Assembly: GCF_024298765.1 (NCBI RefSeq)
Contig: NZ_CP101210.1
Source of the DNA: Escherichia coli
Lineage (GTDB): Bacteria; Pseudomonadota; Gammaproteobacteria; Enterobacterales; Enterobacteriaceae
Length of the DNA: 64,000 bases
Strand: one strand, 5' to 3'
Part shown: piece by piece, positions 43,859-55,329 of the stretch
Position numbering within the stretch: the stretch's first letter is position 1
Layout of the letters: each line of letters opens with the position of its first letter
Notes under the pieces: model-generated
Database searches by the model: none
Seen by the model: only the letters and a program-made list of their open reading frames with translations
What the model was told of the DNA's origin: nothing
Position numbers and translations under genes: made by a program

Positions 43859-44959
43859 ATGACCCCCGAACACCTTCCAACAGAACAGTATGAAGCGCAG
43901 TTAGCCGAAAAAGTGGTACGTTTGCAAAGTATGATGGCACCGTTTTCTGACCTGGTTCCGGAAGTGTTTCGCTCGCCGGTCAGTCATTATCGGATGCGTG
44001 CGGAGTTCCGCATCTGGCACGATGGCGATGACCTGTACCACATCATTTTCGATCAACAAACCAAAAGTCGTATCCGTGTGGATAGCTTCCCCGCCGCCAG
44101 TGAACTTATCAACCAGTTGATGACGGCGATGATTGCGGGTGTGCGTAATAATCCCATTCTGCGCCACAAGTTGTTCCAGATTGATTACCTCACTACGCTA
44201 AGCAATCAAGCGGTTGTTTCCTTGCTGTACCATAAAAAGCTGGATGATGAGTGGCGTCAGCAGGCGGAAGCCCTGCGCGATGCACTGCGCGCGCAGAATC
44301 TGAATGTGCATCTGATTGGTCGGGCAACGAAAACCAAAATCGAGCTGGACCAGGATTACATCGATGAACGTCTGCCGGTCGCAGGGAAAGAGATGATCTA
44401 CCGTCAGGTAGAAAACAGCTTTACCCAGCCGAACGCGGCGATGAATATTCAGATGCTGGAATGGGCGCTGGACGTAACCAAAGGCTCAAAAGGCGATTTG
44501 CTGGAGCTGTACTGCGGCAACGGTAACTTTTCATTAGCACTGGCGCGCAATTTTGATCGGGTATTAGCCACCGAAATCGCTAAGCCGTCGGTCGCTGCCG
44601 CGCAATACAACATTGCCGCTAACCATATTGATAACGTACAAATTATTCGTATGGCGGCAGAAGAATTTACTCAGGCGATGAATGGCGTACGCGAGTTTAA
44701 CCGCCTGCAAGGAATCGACTTAAAGAGTTATCAGTGCGAAACCATTTTTGTCGACCCACCGCGCAGCGGTCTGGACAGTGAAACCGAGAAAATGGTGCAG
44801 GCGTATCCACGTATTCTGTATATCTCCTGCAATCCGGAAACGTTATGCAAGAATCTGGAAACATTAAGCCAGACGCACAAGGTCGAACGTCTGGCTCTGT
44901 TTGATCAGTTCCCCTACACGCACCATATGGAGTGCGGCGTATTACTGACCGCGAAGTAA
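43859..44959 (+). CDS. trmA: tRNA (uracil54-C5)-methyltransferase
   Basis: 366 aa [29 protein letters not shown]; SAM-MTase motifs. Confidence 0.95.
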   Translation: MTPEHLPTEQYEAQLAEKVVRLQSMMAPFSDLVPEVFRSPVSHYRMRAEFRIWHDGDDLYHIIFDQQTKSRIRVDSFPAASELINQLMTAMIAGVRNNPILRHKLFQIDYLTTLSNQAVVSLLYHKKLDDEWRQQAEALRDALRAQNLNVHLIGRATKTKIELDQDYIDERLPVAGKEMIYRQVENSFTQPNAAMNIQMLEWALDVTKGSKGDLLELYCGNGNFSLALARNFDRVLATEIAKPSVAAAQYNIAANHIDNVQIIRMAAEEFTQAMNGVREFNRLQGIDLKSYQCETIFVDPPRSGLDSETEKMVQAYPRILYISCNPETLCKNLETLSQTHKVERLALFDQFPYTHHMECGVLLTAK

Positions 44960-44964
44960 AACCC

Positions 44965-44990
44965 ATGCCGGATGCACCAGCATCCGGCAT
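44965..44990. terminator. REP-like hairpin between convergent trmA and yijD
   Basis: atgccggatgcaccagcatccggcat perfect inverted repeat. Confidence 0.5.
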
Positions 44991-44998
44991 GATACCGA

Positions 44999-45358
44999 TT
45001 ACTCAGCAACTTCCTGCTTACGGTTACGCATCTTCGCGCCAATCCAGAACACCATAATGACGGAGAGTACTGCCGGGAAGAAGTTAGAGCCGATATCCGG
45101 ATATTCCGCACGAACTACCGTGCTGTACAGCAGTACGCCGAGAATAAAACAGGCAGCTGCCAGACCCGGCAAGCCTACCGGCATGGTGCGATTAAGATAA
45201 CGTTGATGCAGGCAGTAAACCGTCAGCAACAGGGAAATAATCGGGAATACAGAAAATGGCACAATGGAGCTAAACAGCGCTGCGAAAGTACCATTAATCG
45301 ATAAGCCAGCAACCAACGCCAGCAGCAGCGTACCTCTATCTTGATTTGCTTGTTTCAT
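44999..45358 (-). CDS. yijD: DUF1422 inner membrane protein
   Basis: 119-aa hydrophobic ORF immediately downstream of fabR. Confidence 0.88.
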   Translation of the reverse strand: MKQANQDRGTLLLALVAGLSINGTFAALFSSIVPFSVFPIISLLLTVYCLHQRYLNRTMPVGLPGLAAACFILGVLLYSTVVRAEYPDIGSNFFPAVLSVIMVFWIGAKMRNRKQEVAE

Positions 45359-46005
45359 TACTCGTCCTTCACATTTCCCGGAATAATTGCGGTTTTCTCT
45401 TGTTCACGGCGATACCAGTAATAAGCCCCTTTAGAAATCATTCGCAGTTGCAGTACCAGTCGCTCTTCTAATTGCCGACGTTGTTCGACGCCGACATCCA
45501 ACGCCTCGGCCCCCGCACTGAAGACAATCGTCACCATTGCTTCGGCTTGCGCTTCAGTAAACGCACGCGGCATATGGTTTTCGAGTTCCAGATAGTCCGC
45601 AAGTTCCGCAATGAAGTGCTGAATTTCACGCGCAACGGCGGCACGAAACGCAGCGGAGGTGCCGGAGCGTTCCCGCAATAATAACCGGAAGGCGTTAGGA
45701 TTATTACCGATGAACTCCATAAATGTGGAGACCGAGGTGCGGATCACACTCCCGCCTTTGGCGATACGCTGACGCGCCTGACGCATGAGTTGGCGTAGCA
45801 TTAAACCGCTCTCATCAACCATGGTCAGACCCAGTTCGTCTACGTCGCGGAAATGCCGATAAAAAGAGGTGGGAGCAATGCCCGCTTCACGCGCCACTTC
45901 ACGCAAACTCAGGCTGGCGAAGCTGCGTTCAGCACTTAATTGGCTAAATGCGGCTTCCACCAGCGAACGGCGGGTTTTTTCTTTTTGTTGCGCTCTTACG
46001 CCCAT
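45358..46005 (-). CDS. fabR: TetR-family repressor of unsaturated fatty acid biosynthesis
   Basis: 215 aa from [52 protein letters not shown] (TetR HTH); track ORF runs 32 codons further upstream. Confidence 0.9.
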
Positions 46006-46339
46006 CACGATGTCTGAATCCTTGCCAAAAGTACTGCTGGCACTATACCAGAGAATGAACATACTGGATTGCTCCAGTATTGTGAATGAACGGTAACGCA
46101 ATAAAACATATTTACTGCAATTCTTTGGCCGGTTCTTTTACGTACAACGGAAACCTGCCGCTTAAACGGAGAGTATCGTCGATAAAAATCCAATAAAACG
46201 TTCAGGTCAAAAGTAAGAAACAGACAAAGCAAAGGCCGCTCACGATATAGCCAGATAAATGACGGGGATCAATTGGCTTACCCGCGATAAAATGTTATCA
46301 TTCTGTTGCTTTTATGTATAAGAACAGGTAAGCCCTACC

Positions 46340-47740
46340 ATGCCACATTCCTACGATTACGATGCCATAGTAATAGGTTCCGGCCCCGGCGGCGAAGGCG
46401 CTGCAATGGGCCTGGTTAAGCAAGGTGCGCGCGTCGCAGTTATCGAGCGTTATCAAAATGTTGGCGGCGGTTGCACCCACTGGGGCACCATCCCGTCGAA
46501 AGCTCTCCGTCACGCCGTCAGCCGCATTATAGAATTTAATCAAAACCCACTTTACAGCGACCATTCGCGACTGCTCCGCTCTTCTTTTGCCGATATCCTT
46601 AACCATGCCGATAACGTGATTAATCAACAAACGCGCATGCGTCAGGGATTTTACGAACGTAATCACTGTGAAATATTGCAGGGGAACGCTCGCTTTGTTG
46701 ACGAGCACACGCTGGCGCTGGATTGCCCGGACGGCAGCGTCGAGACACTAACCGCTGAAAAATTTGTTATTGCTTGCGGCTCTCGTCCATATCATCCAAC
46801 AGATGTTGATTTCACGCATCCACGCATTTACGACAGCGACTCAATTCTTAGCATGCACCACGAACCGCGCCATGTACTTATCTATGGTGCTGGAGTGATC
46901 GGCTGTGAATATGCGTCGATCTTCCGCGGTATGGATGTAAAAGTGGATCTGATCAACACCCGCGATCGCCTGCTGGCATTTCTCGATCAAGAGATGTCAG
47001 ATTCTCTCTCCTATCACTTCTGGAACAGTGGCGTAGTGATTCGTCACAACGAAGAGTACGAGAAGATCGAAGGCTGTGACGACGGTGTGATCATGCATTT
47101 GAAGTCGGGTAAAAAACTGAAAGCTGACTGCCTGCTCTATGCCAACGGTCGCACCGGTAATACCGATTCGCTGGCGTTACAGAACATTGGGCTGGAAACT
47201 GACAGCCGCGGACAGCTGAAGGTCAACAGCATGTATCAGACCGCACAGCCGCACGTTTACGCGGTGGGCGACGTGATTGGTTATCCGAGCCTGGCGTCGG
47301 CGGCCTATGACCAGGGGCGCATTGCCGCGCAGGCGCTGGTGAAAGGTGAAGCCACCGCACATCTGATTGAAGATATCCCTACCGGTATTTACACCATCCC
47401 GGAAATCAGCTCTGTGGGCAAAACCGAACAGCAGCTGACCGCGATGAAAGTGCCATATGAAGTGGGCCGCGCCCAGTTTAAACATCTGGCACGTGCACAA
47501 ATCGTCGGCATGAACGTGGGCACGCTGAAAATTTTGTTCCATCGGGAAACAAAAGAGATTCTGGGTATTCACTGCTTTGGCGAGCGCGCTGCCGAAATTA
47601 TTCATATCGGTCAGGCGATTATGGAACAGAAAGGTGGCGGCAACACTATTGAGTACTTCGTCAACACCACCTTTAACTACCCGACGATGGCGGAAGCCTA
47701 TCGGGTAGCTGCGCTAAATGGCTTAAACCGCCTGTTTTAA
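46340..47740 (+). CDS. sthA: Soluble pyridine nucleotide transhydrogenase
   Basis: 466 aa [38 protein letters not shown]; FAD/NAD Rossmann motifs. Confidence 0.97.
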
Positions 47741-48640
47741 CACTTTATCGAAATGGCCATCCATTCTTGCGCGGATGGCCTCTGCCAGCTGCTCATAGCG
47801 GCTGCGCAGCGGTGAGCCAGGACGATAAACCAGACCAATGGTACGGCGTGGTTCCGGCTTAATACACGGCAAATAAACAACCCCATCGCGTTTGCGCTCC
47901 GGCGGCACAGCCAGCGCAGGCAGTAAAGTGATCCCGCTACCTGCCGCCACCATGTTGCGCAGAGTTTCCAGGCTGGTCGCGCGGAAGTGTGTATCTTCAT
48001 CCGCCCCGGCTTCAAAACAGAAACCCATTGCCTGATCGCGCAAACAGTGACCGTCTTCCAGCATCAGCAGTTTTTCCCCTGCCAGATCGGCCATCGGTAC
48101 GCATTCGCGGTTCGCCCACGGATGGTCTTCATAGATAGCCAGCAACATTGGCTCATCAAACAACGGCACTTCAATGAATGCTTCGCTCTCTTTCACCAGC
48201 GCGAGGATCACGCAATCGAGTTTGCCGCTGTCCAGTTGCGCCAGTAACTGGTGGGTCTGTGCTTCATGCAGATACATTTCCAGCTTTGGAAAGGTCTGGT
48301 GCAGCATCGGGATAATATGCGGTAGCAGGTACGGTCCAACCGTGGGAATCAGACCAATATGCAGCGGTCCGGACATCGTCTCGCCCTGCTGGCTTGCCAT
48401 CTCTTTAAGGACTTTCACCTCACGCAGCACGGTACGCGCCTGATCCACCAGCAGCATTCCCGCCTGGGTGAATAACACTTTACGGCTGGTCCGCTCCAGC
48501 AACATCACACCCAACTCATCTTCCAGCTTACGAATTTGCCCGCTAAGCGTCGGCTGGCTAACGTGGCAGGAATCTGCCGCACGCCGAAAATGGCGGTGTT
48601 CGGCCAATGCCACCAGGTACTCAAGATCACGAATATTCAT
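47723..48640 (-). CDS. oxyR: LysR-family hydrogen peroxide-inducible regulator
   Basis: 305 aa from [44 protein letters not shown]; redox Cys residues present; 3' end overlaps sthA by 18 bp. Confidence 0.97.
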   Translation of the reverse strand: MNIRDLEYLVALAEHRHFRRAADSCHVSQPTLSGQIRKLEDELGVMLLERTSRKVLFTQAGMLLVDQARTVLREVKVLKEMASQQGETMSGPLHIGLIPTVGPYLLPHIIPMLHQTFPKLEMYLHEAQTHQLLAQLDSGKLDCVILALVKESEAFIEVPLFDEPMLLAIYEDHPWANRECVPMADLAGEKLLMLEDGHCLRDQAMGFCFEAGADEDTHFRATSLETLRNMVAAGSGITLLPALAVPPERKRDGVVYLPCIKPEPRRTIGLVYRPGSPLRSRYEQLAEAIRARMDGHFDKVLKQAV

Positions 48641-48735
48641 TATCCATCCTCCATTGCCACGATAGTTCGCGGCGATAGGTAGCATAGCAACGAACGATTA
48701 TCCCTATCAAGCATTCTGACTGATAATTGCTCACA

Positions 48736-48848
48736 GAAACGGAGCGGCACCTCTTTTAACCCTTGAAGTCACTGCCCGTTTCGAGAGTTTCTCAACTCGA
48801 ATAACTAAAGCCAACGTGAACTTTTGCGGATCTCCAGGATCCGCTTTT
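48736..48848 (+). ncRNA. oxyS: OxyS small regulatory RNA
   Basis: GAAACGGAGCGGCACCTCTTTTAACCCTTGAAGTCACTGCCCGTTTCGAGAGTTTCTCAACTCGAATAACTAAAGCCAACGTGAACTTTTGCGGATCTCCAGGATCCGCTTTTTTTT; divergent from oxyR. Confidence 0.92.
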
Positions 48849-48891
48849 TTTTATTCTACAGGCCCACAGCAAGAGAGCCTGATAGTAACGG

Positions 48892-50175
48892 TTACTCAAT
48901 CCGATCTTTGACAATAAAGAAGTAACACAGCGCCCCGGTGAACGTCACACAGGCCGCGATAACCAGCGCCAGATTAAACGAGTGTGTGGTATCCACGACC
49001 CAACCGGTTACGATCGGAGCAAAGGAAGCAAAAACAAAACTGCCAAAGTTTTGAATCCCGGCGATGGAAGCCACTTTTGTTTCTGACACCATCACCTGCA
49101 CCAGCCCCCATGCAGATGTTCCCGCGAAATGCACGCAGAACAGCGCCATTGAGATAAACGCTACCGCCTGGGCTGGCGAGGAAGATTGCACGACCAGCAA
49201 CGTGCCTAATGCCGACATCATCAAACCGCAGACAATCGCCGTTTTACGCGTCTTCGCCAGGTCATAGCCTTTTTTCGCCAGCCGATCGACAACAATACCG
49301 TTAACCCACATCCCGACCGCCGCCGCGAGGAAAGGAATTGCCGCCACCCAACCGGTTTTCGCCAGACTGAAACCTTGTTCGGCCTGCAAATAACCGGGTA
49401 ACCACGCGATGTAGAGCCAACCGGTATAATTGACGCCAGAGAAACCTAAAATCATCCCCCAGGTTGTCCGATGCTTAAACAGCGCCAGCCACTCGCTAAA
49501 TTGTAACTGTGGACGCGGTTTAACCGGCGCGGAGAGATATGTCCGTTCTTCCTCGGTCAGGACAAACTGCGCCCGGTTGCGATACCACGCGTACCAACAG
49601 ATCCCAACCAGAATCCCTGCTACGCCGATGATGACAAACATCGTCCGCCAGCCCCATGCCAGTTGCATCAATACAAGAGCAGGAGGCGCGATAGCCTGAC
49701 CGATAACGGTAGATGAGTTAAAAATCCCCAGCGCCGTGCCGCGTTCTTTTTGCGCATACCAGTCGGTGATCGACTTTACTCCCGCAGGCATAAATGGCGC
49801 TTCGCCAATACCCAGACCGATACGCATTAAAATAAAGTGGCTAAAAGAATTAACCATTCCTGTTAATGCCTGCATTAATGACCAGAATATTAAGCCTGCG
49901 CCTAACACTATTCGTGGGCCAAAGCGGTCTAGCAAAATACCGGAAGGAAGTTGTGAAAAACCATAAGACAGAGAAAATGCAGAAAGCAAAACACCAAACT
50001 CGGTAGCGGATAATCCTAACTCGCCACGAATTGCTTCACCTGCCACGCTCAATGACGAACGGTCGAGAAAATTAACGATCCCCGCCATAAATAATAAAAC
50101 CAGGGTCACTGTCTGAATACGACGAATCCGTTGCGGTTTATTACCCGCAACACTGGTTGACACATCAACGTCCAT
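48892..50175 (-). CDS. MFS transporter, anion:cation symporter family (hexonate/hexuronate-type)
   Basis: 427-aa ORF; MFS motif A GILLDRFGPRIV; about 12 hydrophobic segments; strong RBS aaggag; resembles the DgoT/ExuT/GudP/RhmT class by eye. Confidence 0.85.
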   Translation of the reverse strand: MDVDVSTSVAGNKPQRIRRIQTVTLVLLFMAGIVNFLDRSSLSVAGEAIRGELGLSATEFGVLLSAFSLSYGFSQLPSGILLDRFGPRIVLGAGLIFWSLMQALTGMVNSFSHFILMRIGLGIGEAPFMPAGVKSITDWYAQKERGTALGIFNSSTVIGQAIAPPALVLMQLAWGWRTMFVIIGVAGILVGICWYAWYRNRAQFVLTEEERTYLSAPVKPRPQLQFSEWLALFKHRTTWGMILGFSGVNYTGWLYIAWLPGYLQAEQGFSLAKTGWVAAIPFLAAAVGMWVNGIVVDRLAKKGYDLAKTRKTAIVCGLMMSALGTLLVVQSSSPAQAVAFISMALFCVHFAGTSAWGLVQVMVSETKVASIAGIQNFGSFVFASFAPIVTGWVVDTTHSFNLALVIAACVTFTGALCYFFIVKDRIE

Positions 50176-50241
50176 TTTTAGCTCCTTGAGCGGAATTAAT
50201 CGATTTGATGAATATTCAGAAAATAATTAAGCGAACCGCTA

Positions 50242-51456
50242 TTACCAGTTCCACAATGTGCCATCTTCCAGTCGTGCGACGGGGAGATACGCCGGGTCAT
50301 ACGGATATTTCGCCGCCAGTTTCTCATCGAAAGAAATACCCAGCCCCGGTTCATCGCCTGGGTGCATATAACCTTCATCGAAGCGCCAGCTATGCGGGAA
50401 GACTTCAAGCATTTGTTCGGAATAGCCCATGTACTCCTGAACGCCAAAGTTTGGCACCCAGAGGTCAAAATGCAGCGCCGCCGCATGGCAAACAGGCGAT
50501 AAATCTGAAGGGCCATGCGAACCGGTACGTACCTGATAAAGCGATGCAAAATCGGCAATCCGTCGCATCCCGGTAATGCCGCCTGCATGGGTAATCGTCG
50601 TGCGAATATAGTCAATCAGCTGCTCTTCGATTAACTGCTTGCAGTCCCAGATACTGTTAAACACTTCACCGACCGCAATCGGCGTCACGGTATGCTGACG
50701 AATCAGACGAAAACATTCCTGATTCTCGGCAGGCGTCGGATCTTCCATCCAGAACAGGCGGTAATCTTCAATGCTCTTCCCAAAGCGCGCCGCTTCGATG
50801 GGGGTCAGGCGATGGTGCATGTCATGCAACAGATGTTCGTTAAAACCGAACTTATTACGCACCGCTTCAAATAACTTCGGCGTAAAATCGAGATACTTTT
50901 CTGAAGACCACAACTGCTCTTCTGGCCACAGGCCTTTGGTTGCTGGTTCATACGCCAGTCCTTTGCCCTTCGCCAGACCATAGGTGGTTTGCATACCCGG
51001 TACACCACACTGCACACGAATCGCCTTAAAGCCCATCTGCTGGTGCTTTGCATAGTCTTCAAGGACTTCATCAATCGTACGCCCGGTGGTGTGGCAATAA
51101 ACCATAACGCCTTCACGAGAAGCACCACCAAGCAGTTGATACAATGGCATATTTGCCGCTTTTGCTTTGATATCCCACAACGCCATATCAATGGCAGAAA
51201 TGGCTGACATCGTGACGGGGCCACGTCGCCAGTAAGCACCTTTATAAAAGAATTGCCAGATATCTTCGATACGGCTGGCATCGCGGCCAATTAGTTGTGG
51301 ACAAAGATGATCTTTCAGATAAGAAGCGACCGACAATTCGCGACCATTTAACGTGGCATCTCCTAATCCACAAAGTCCGCTTGCAGTGGTTATTTTAAGC
51401 GTAACGAAATTACGCCCTGGGCAAGTAACAAAAACATCTGCAGCAATAATTTTCAT
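50242..51456 (-). CDS. Enolase-superfamily dehydratase, D-mannonate dehydratase (ManD/RspA-like) subgroup
   Basis: 404 aa from [24 protein letters not shown]; ManD-type motifs ([25 protein letters not shown]) and metal ligands in HDMHH / WMEDP / GEVF; RBS aggag. Confidence 0.85.
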   Translation of the reverse strand: MKIIAADVFVTCPGRNFVTLKITTASGLCGLGDATLNGRELSVASYLKDHLCPQLIGRDASRIEDIWQFFYKGAYWRRGPVTMSAISAIDMALWDIKAKAANMPLYQLLGGASREGVMVYCHTTGRTIDEVLEDYAKHQQMGFKAIRVQCGVPGMQTTYGLAKGKGLAYEPATKGLWPEEQLWSSEKYLDFTPKLFEAVRNKFGFNEHLLHDMHHRLTPIEAARFGKSIEDYRLFWMEDPTPAENQECFRLIRQHTVTPIAVGEVFNSIWDCKQLIEEQLIDYIRTTITHAGGITGMRRIADFASLYQVRTGSHGPSDLSPVCHAAALHFDLWVPNFGVQEYMGYSEQMLEVFPHSWRFDEGYMHPGDEPGLGISFDEKLAAKYPYDPAYLPVARLEDGTLWNW

Positions 51457-51857
51457 TATTGCAATCTCCTGTGTTGTAAATAGACGTTTCAAACTTAATT
51501 TTGCGCCTACTACCATACAAGAGAGAAAGAGCGATTATTCAACCATGATCACATTAAAAATAAAAATTTCTACCGAGGAGAAAAAACACCCTCAAAAACC
51601 ACCTGAATAATTAGCTATCATCGTTAAAACAACACGTTAAATAATCACATAACAAACTCCATTAATCATTAAAAATGAACACAGCAATAGAAATGAATTA
51701 TATTCAATTAATTAAAGTATGTATTGGCTGATGTATTGAAAATATAATTTTTATGGGGAGAGTGAAGGTAAAGAAGACGCAAGAATAAAAAGGAATGTGA
51801 CAAATAATGGTTCTGGTTGGGCGTTAAATTTAAGGTCACCAGAATACTGACAAATTT

Positions 51858-51912
51858 CTGCCTGATGCGGCGTAAACGCCTTATCCGCCTACGAAGTGTC
51901 GCACTTTGTAGG
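51858..51912. repeat. REP/BIME-type palindromic repeat downstream of argH
   Basis: gcctgatgcggcgtaaacgccttatccgcctac followed by an imperfect palindrome gaagtgtcgcactttgtagg. Confidence 0.6.
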
Positions 51913-51953
51913 CGTGGTAAGCTCCCCATTTTCAGGGGAGCAATATAAACAAA

Positions 51954-53327
51954 CTACTCTAACCGAGCTTGCGCAAAAGCAATCGCCTGCGCCACCTGCT
52001 GCGGTGAGACGCCGCCTTTTGCAGCACGCTTGTCGAGGCACGATTGCAGCGACAGAATCGGATAGACATCTTCGCCAATCACCTGGCTGAATTTCTGCAA
52101 CTCACTGAGCGGCAGATCTTCCAACGCTTTGCCCTGACGAATGGCTTCCACCACAGCTTCACCCACAATATGGTGCGCCTCGCGGAACGGTACGCCTTTC
52201 GCCACCAGATAATCCGCCAGTTCAGTAGCGTTGGCGTAACCCTGCTGCGCCGCTTCCTGGCAACGCGGACGTTTCACCTGAATGCCGTCCAGCACCAGCG
52301 CCGCCATATGCAGGCAGTCCAGCCAGGTATCGAGCGCGTCGAACAGACCTTCTTTGTCTTCCTGCATATCTTTGTTGTAAGCCAGCGGCAAACCTTTCAG
52401 CGTCATCATCATGCCGGTTAACGCCCCCTGCACCCGACCGCATTTACCGCGAATCAGCTCCAGCGCATCCGGGTTTTTCTTCTGCGGCATTAATGATGAA
52501 CCGGAAGTCACACGGTCAGAAAGCTCCACAAACCCCGCTTCGCCGGTGTTAAAGAAAATCAGATCTTCAGCAAAACGCGACAGATGCACCATGCCGATAG
52601 CGGCAGCAGAAAGCAGTTCCAACACATGGTCACGGTCAGAAACGCTGTCGAGACTGTTACGGGTCGCCGAAGCAAAGCCCAGCCAGCCTGCTAACTGTTC
52701 ACGGTCGATTTCATAGGCCGTTCCTGCCAGTGCGCCACAGCCTAGCGGGCTGACATCCAGACGCTTAAGCGCGTCCTGCAAACGGCTTTCATCACGCGCC
52801 AGCATCTCAACGTAGGCCAGGCACCAGTGAGCGAACGTCACCGGCTGGGCGCGTTGCAGGTGAGTGTAACCCGGCATCACCGCGTCCTGATTGTTCTGCG
52901 CGGTCTCGACCAGAGCGGATTGTAACTGCCGGTTAGCCGTCAGCAACTCGCTAACGGTATCTTTGCACCACAGTTTCAGGTCAGTTGCTACCTGATCATT
53001 ACGGCTACGCCCGGTATGCAGTTTTTTGCCTAACTGACCCACTTTGTCGATCAGTTTGCCTTCCACCCAGCTATGGATATCTTCGGCGTCGCTTTCAAGG
53101 ATTTGTTGTGGCCTGGCGCGAACATCTTCCAGCAGCACGTTCAGCGCCTCTTCCAGTTGCGCCTGCTCTTCTGCGGTTAACACGCCGACCGTTACCAGGG
53201 CTTTGGACCAGGCCACAGAGCCAACAATATCCTGCTCCGCCAGACGGTAATCAAAGCGCAGTGAGTCGTTGAATTGTTTGAACCGTTGATCTGCTGCCTG
53301 GGTAAAACGCCCGCCCCAAAGTGCCAT
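51954..53327 (-). CDS. argH: Argininosuccinate lyase
   Basis: 457 aa [44 protein letters not shown]. Confidence 0.97.
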
Positions 53328-53387
53328 AACTCTGTTTCCTTATTTTGAAATTCAATGCCGGAAAGCTGCGCCTCCGGCCAACAAAAC

Positions 53388-54164
53388 TTAAGCTAAAATC
53401 CGCGTACCCATCGGCATACCGTTAAACAGTGCCGGAAGCTGTTCCGCATGACGCCAGGAGGCGATATCTACCGGACGGCCCAACGTGCGCGCAGCATCCA
53501 GCGCCGCGTTCACTTTCACAATCATGCCGTCAGTAATAATGCCCTGCTCAATCAGTTGTTCTGCTTTCGCGGCGGTCATTTCGGCAATACGTTGCCCTTT
53601 GCCGTCGAGAATGCCGCTGACGTCAGAGAGCAAAATCAGATCCGCGCCCAGCGTTGCCGCCAGCGCCGTCGCCGCCTGGTCGGCATTGACATTCATCAGT
53701 TGCCCTTCGTCTGTTACGCCAATGGAGCTGACCACCGGCAGATAACCGTTCTCCAGCAAACTGTTGATAAGCTTAGGCGAACCTGGCTGCGCCAGTCCAA
53801 CATGGCCTAACTCTTCATCAAGCTGGGTCACTTTGACGCTGTCGCCGTCACCGAGAAACAAACCTACGGCCGCAATCTGATGTTTCTTCGCCCATGCCAG
53901 CAGGGTTTTATTTGCCGTTCCCGCCAGTGCTCCGGTGATAATGTCTATCTGATCCGCAGGCGTCACCCGCAGGCCATTTTTCTTTTTCACCGGCAGATTC
54001 AGCCCTTTCATCAGCTCATCCACCACGCAACCGCCGCCGTGCACAATCACCAGCGGACGCTGATGTGACTCGCGATAATTCACCAGTGCGCTAAACAGAC
54101 GTTCCAGCGCCTCTTCACTATCCAGCAGTACGCCACCCAGTTTGATAATTAATGGATTCATCAT
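53388..54164 (-). CDS. argB: Acetylglutamate kinase
   Basis: 258 aa from [24 protein letters not shown]; track ORF extended 11 codons upstream. Confidence 0.95.
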
Positions 54165-54171
54165 TGCACCC

Positions 54172-55176
54172 TTAAATAAGAGACTGCGTTTCCGCATAGC
54201 CGAAACGAATATTGGCGCACTGCACCGCTTGTGCCGCCGCGCCTTTCAGTAAGTTGTCTTCGGTCGCCACAATAATCAGATGCTCGCCCTGAACGGCAAA
54301 ACCGATATCGCAGAATGGCAGTCCAACGACATTTTTCAGCGCCGGAACGCCTTTGTCATACAGCCGCACCAGTGGTTTATGGGCATACGCCTGCTGTAAC
54401 GCTTGCGCCACTTGCACCTGGCTCACACCCGGTTTCAGGCGGCAGGTAATGGTTTCGAGAATGCCGCGCGGGAAATTGCCCAGATGCGGGGTGAAGATAA
54501 CGTCAGCACCGAGGTGTGTGGCGATCTCTGGTTGATGGCGATGGGTAAAGACGCCATACGGTTGCAGGCTAACTTCACAAAAACTATTTGAAATCGCTGC
54601 CTTACGTCCTGCACCGCTCACGCCGCTGGTGGCGTTGATCACCGGCCACTGATTGAGGTCAAGAAGATCGGCATCAATCAACGGTTTCAGCGCCAGCTGT
54701 GCTGCCGTCGGATAACAGCCTGGCACGGCAATCAAGTTCGCTTCTTTTAATTTATTACCGCACCACTCCGCCAGACCGTAGGCTGCCTGTTCCAGCAGTT
54801 CCGGGTATTGATGGGTAAAGCCGTAATATTTTTCATAGAAGGCGACATCGTTAACACGAAACGCGCCGGAAAGGTCGAACACCACACAGCCTGCTTCAAG
54901 AAATTGCGGCGCTAAATCGTGGCTGACTTCATGGGCGGTGGCGAGAAACACCACGTCCACCCCTGGGCTAAACTCGCTGATATCCGACATCGGCTGCAAC
55001 GGCAGATCAACGATGCCTTTTAGCTGCGGATGCAAATCGGAGATTAACTTTCCCGCATCATTGCTTTGCGCTGAAACAGTCAAAGCGGTTATGTTCATAT
55101 GCGGATGGCGATTTACATAGGTCACTAGCTCTGCGCCAGCGTAGCCGCTGGCACCCACAATCAGCGTATTCAACAT
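54172..55176 (-). CDS. argC: N-acetyl-gamma-glutamyl-phosphate reductase
   Basis: 334 aa [37 protein letters not shown]. Confidence 0.97.
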
Positions 55177-55239
55177 CGGGGCTATTCACCTTCTTATGTC
55201 TGGTTGCCAGGTTAAACGTAAAACATTCACCTTACGGCT

Positions 55240-55305
55240 GGTGGGTTTTATTACGCTCAACGTTAGTGTATTTTTATTCATAAATACTGCATGAATATTG
55301 ATACT
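55240..55305. promoter_or_regulatory. Divergent argC / argE control region with ARG-box-like operators
   Basis: AT-rich tgaatA/T-type repeats (ttattcataaatactgcatgaatattgatac) between divergent argC and argE. Confidence 0.55.
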
Positions 55306-55329
55306 ATCATGACCAGAGGTGTGTCAACA

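Noticed and set aside
51708-51929. 73-aa minus-strand ORF in the island upstream region
   Set aside because: It runs through the REP/BIME palindrome and AT-rich promoter DNA, and its Arg/Leu-rich translation is typical of translating REP sequence.
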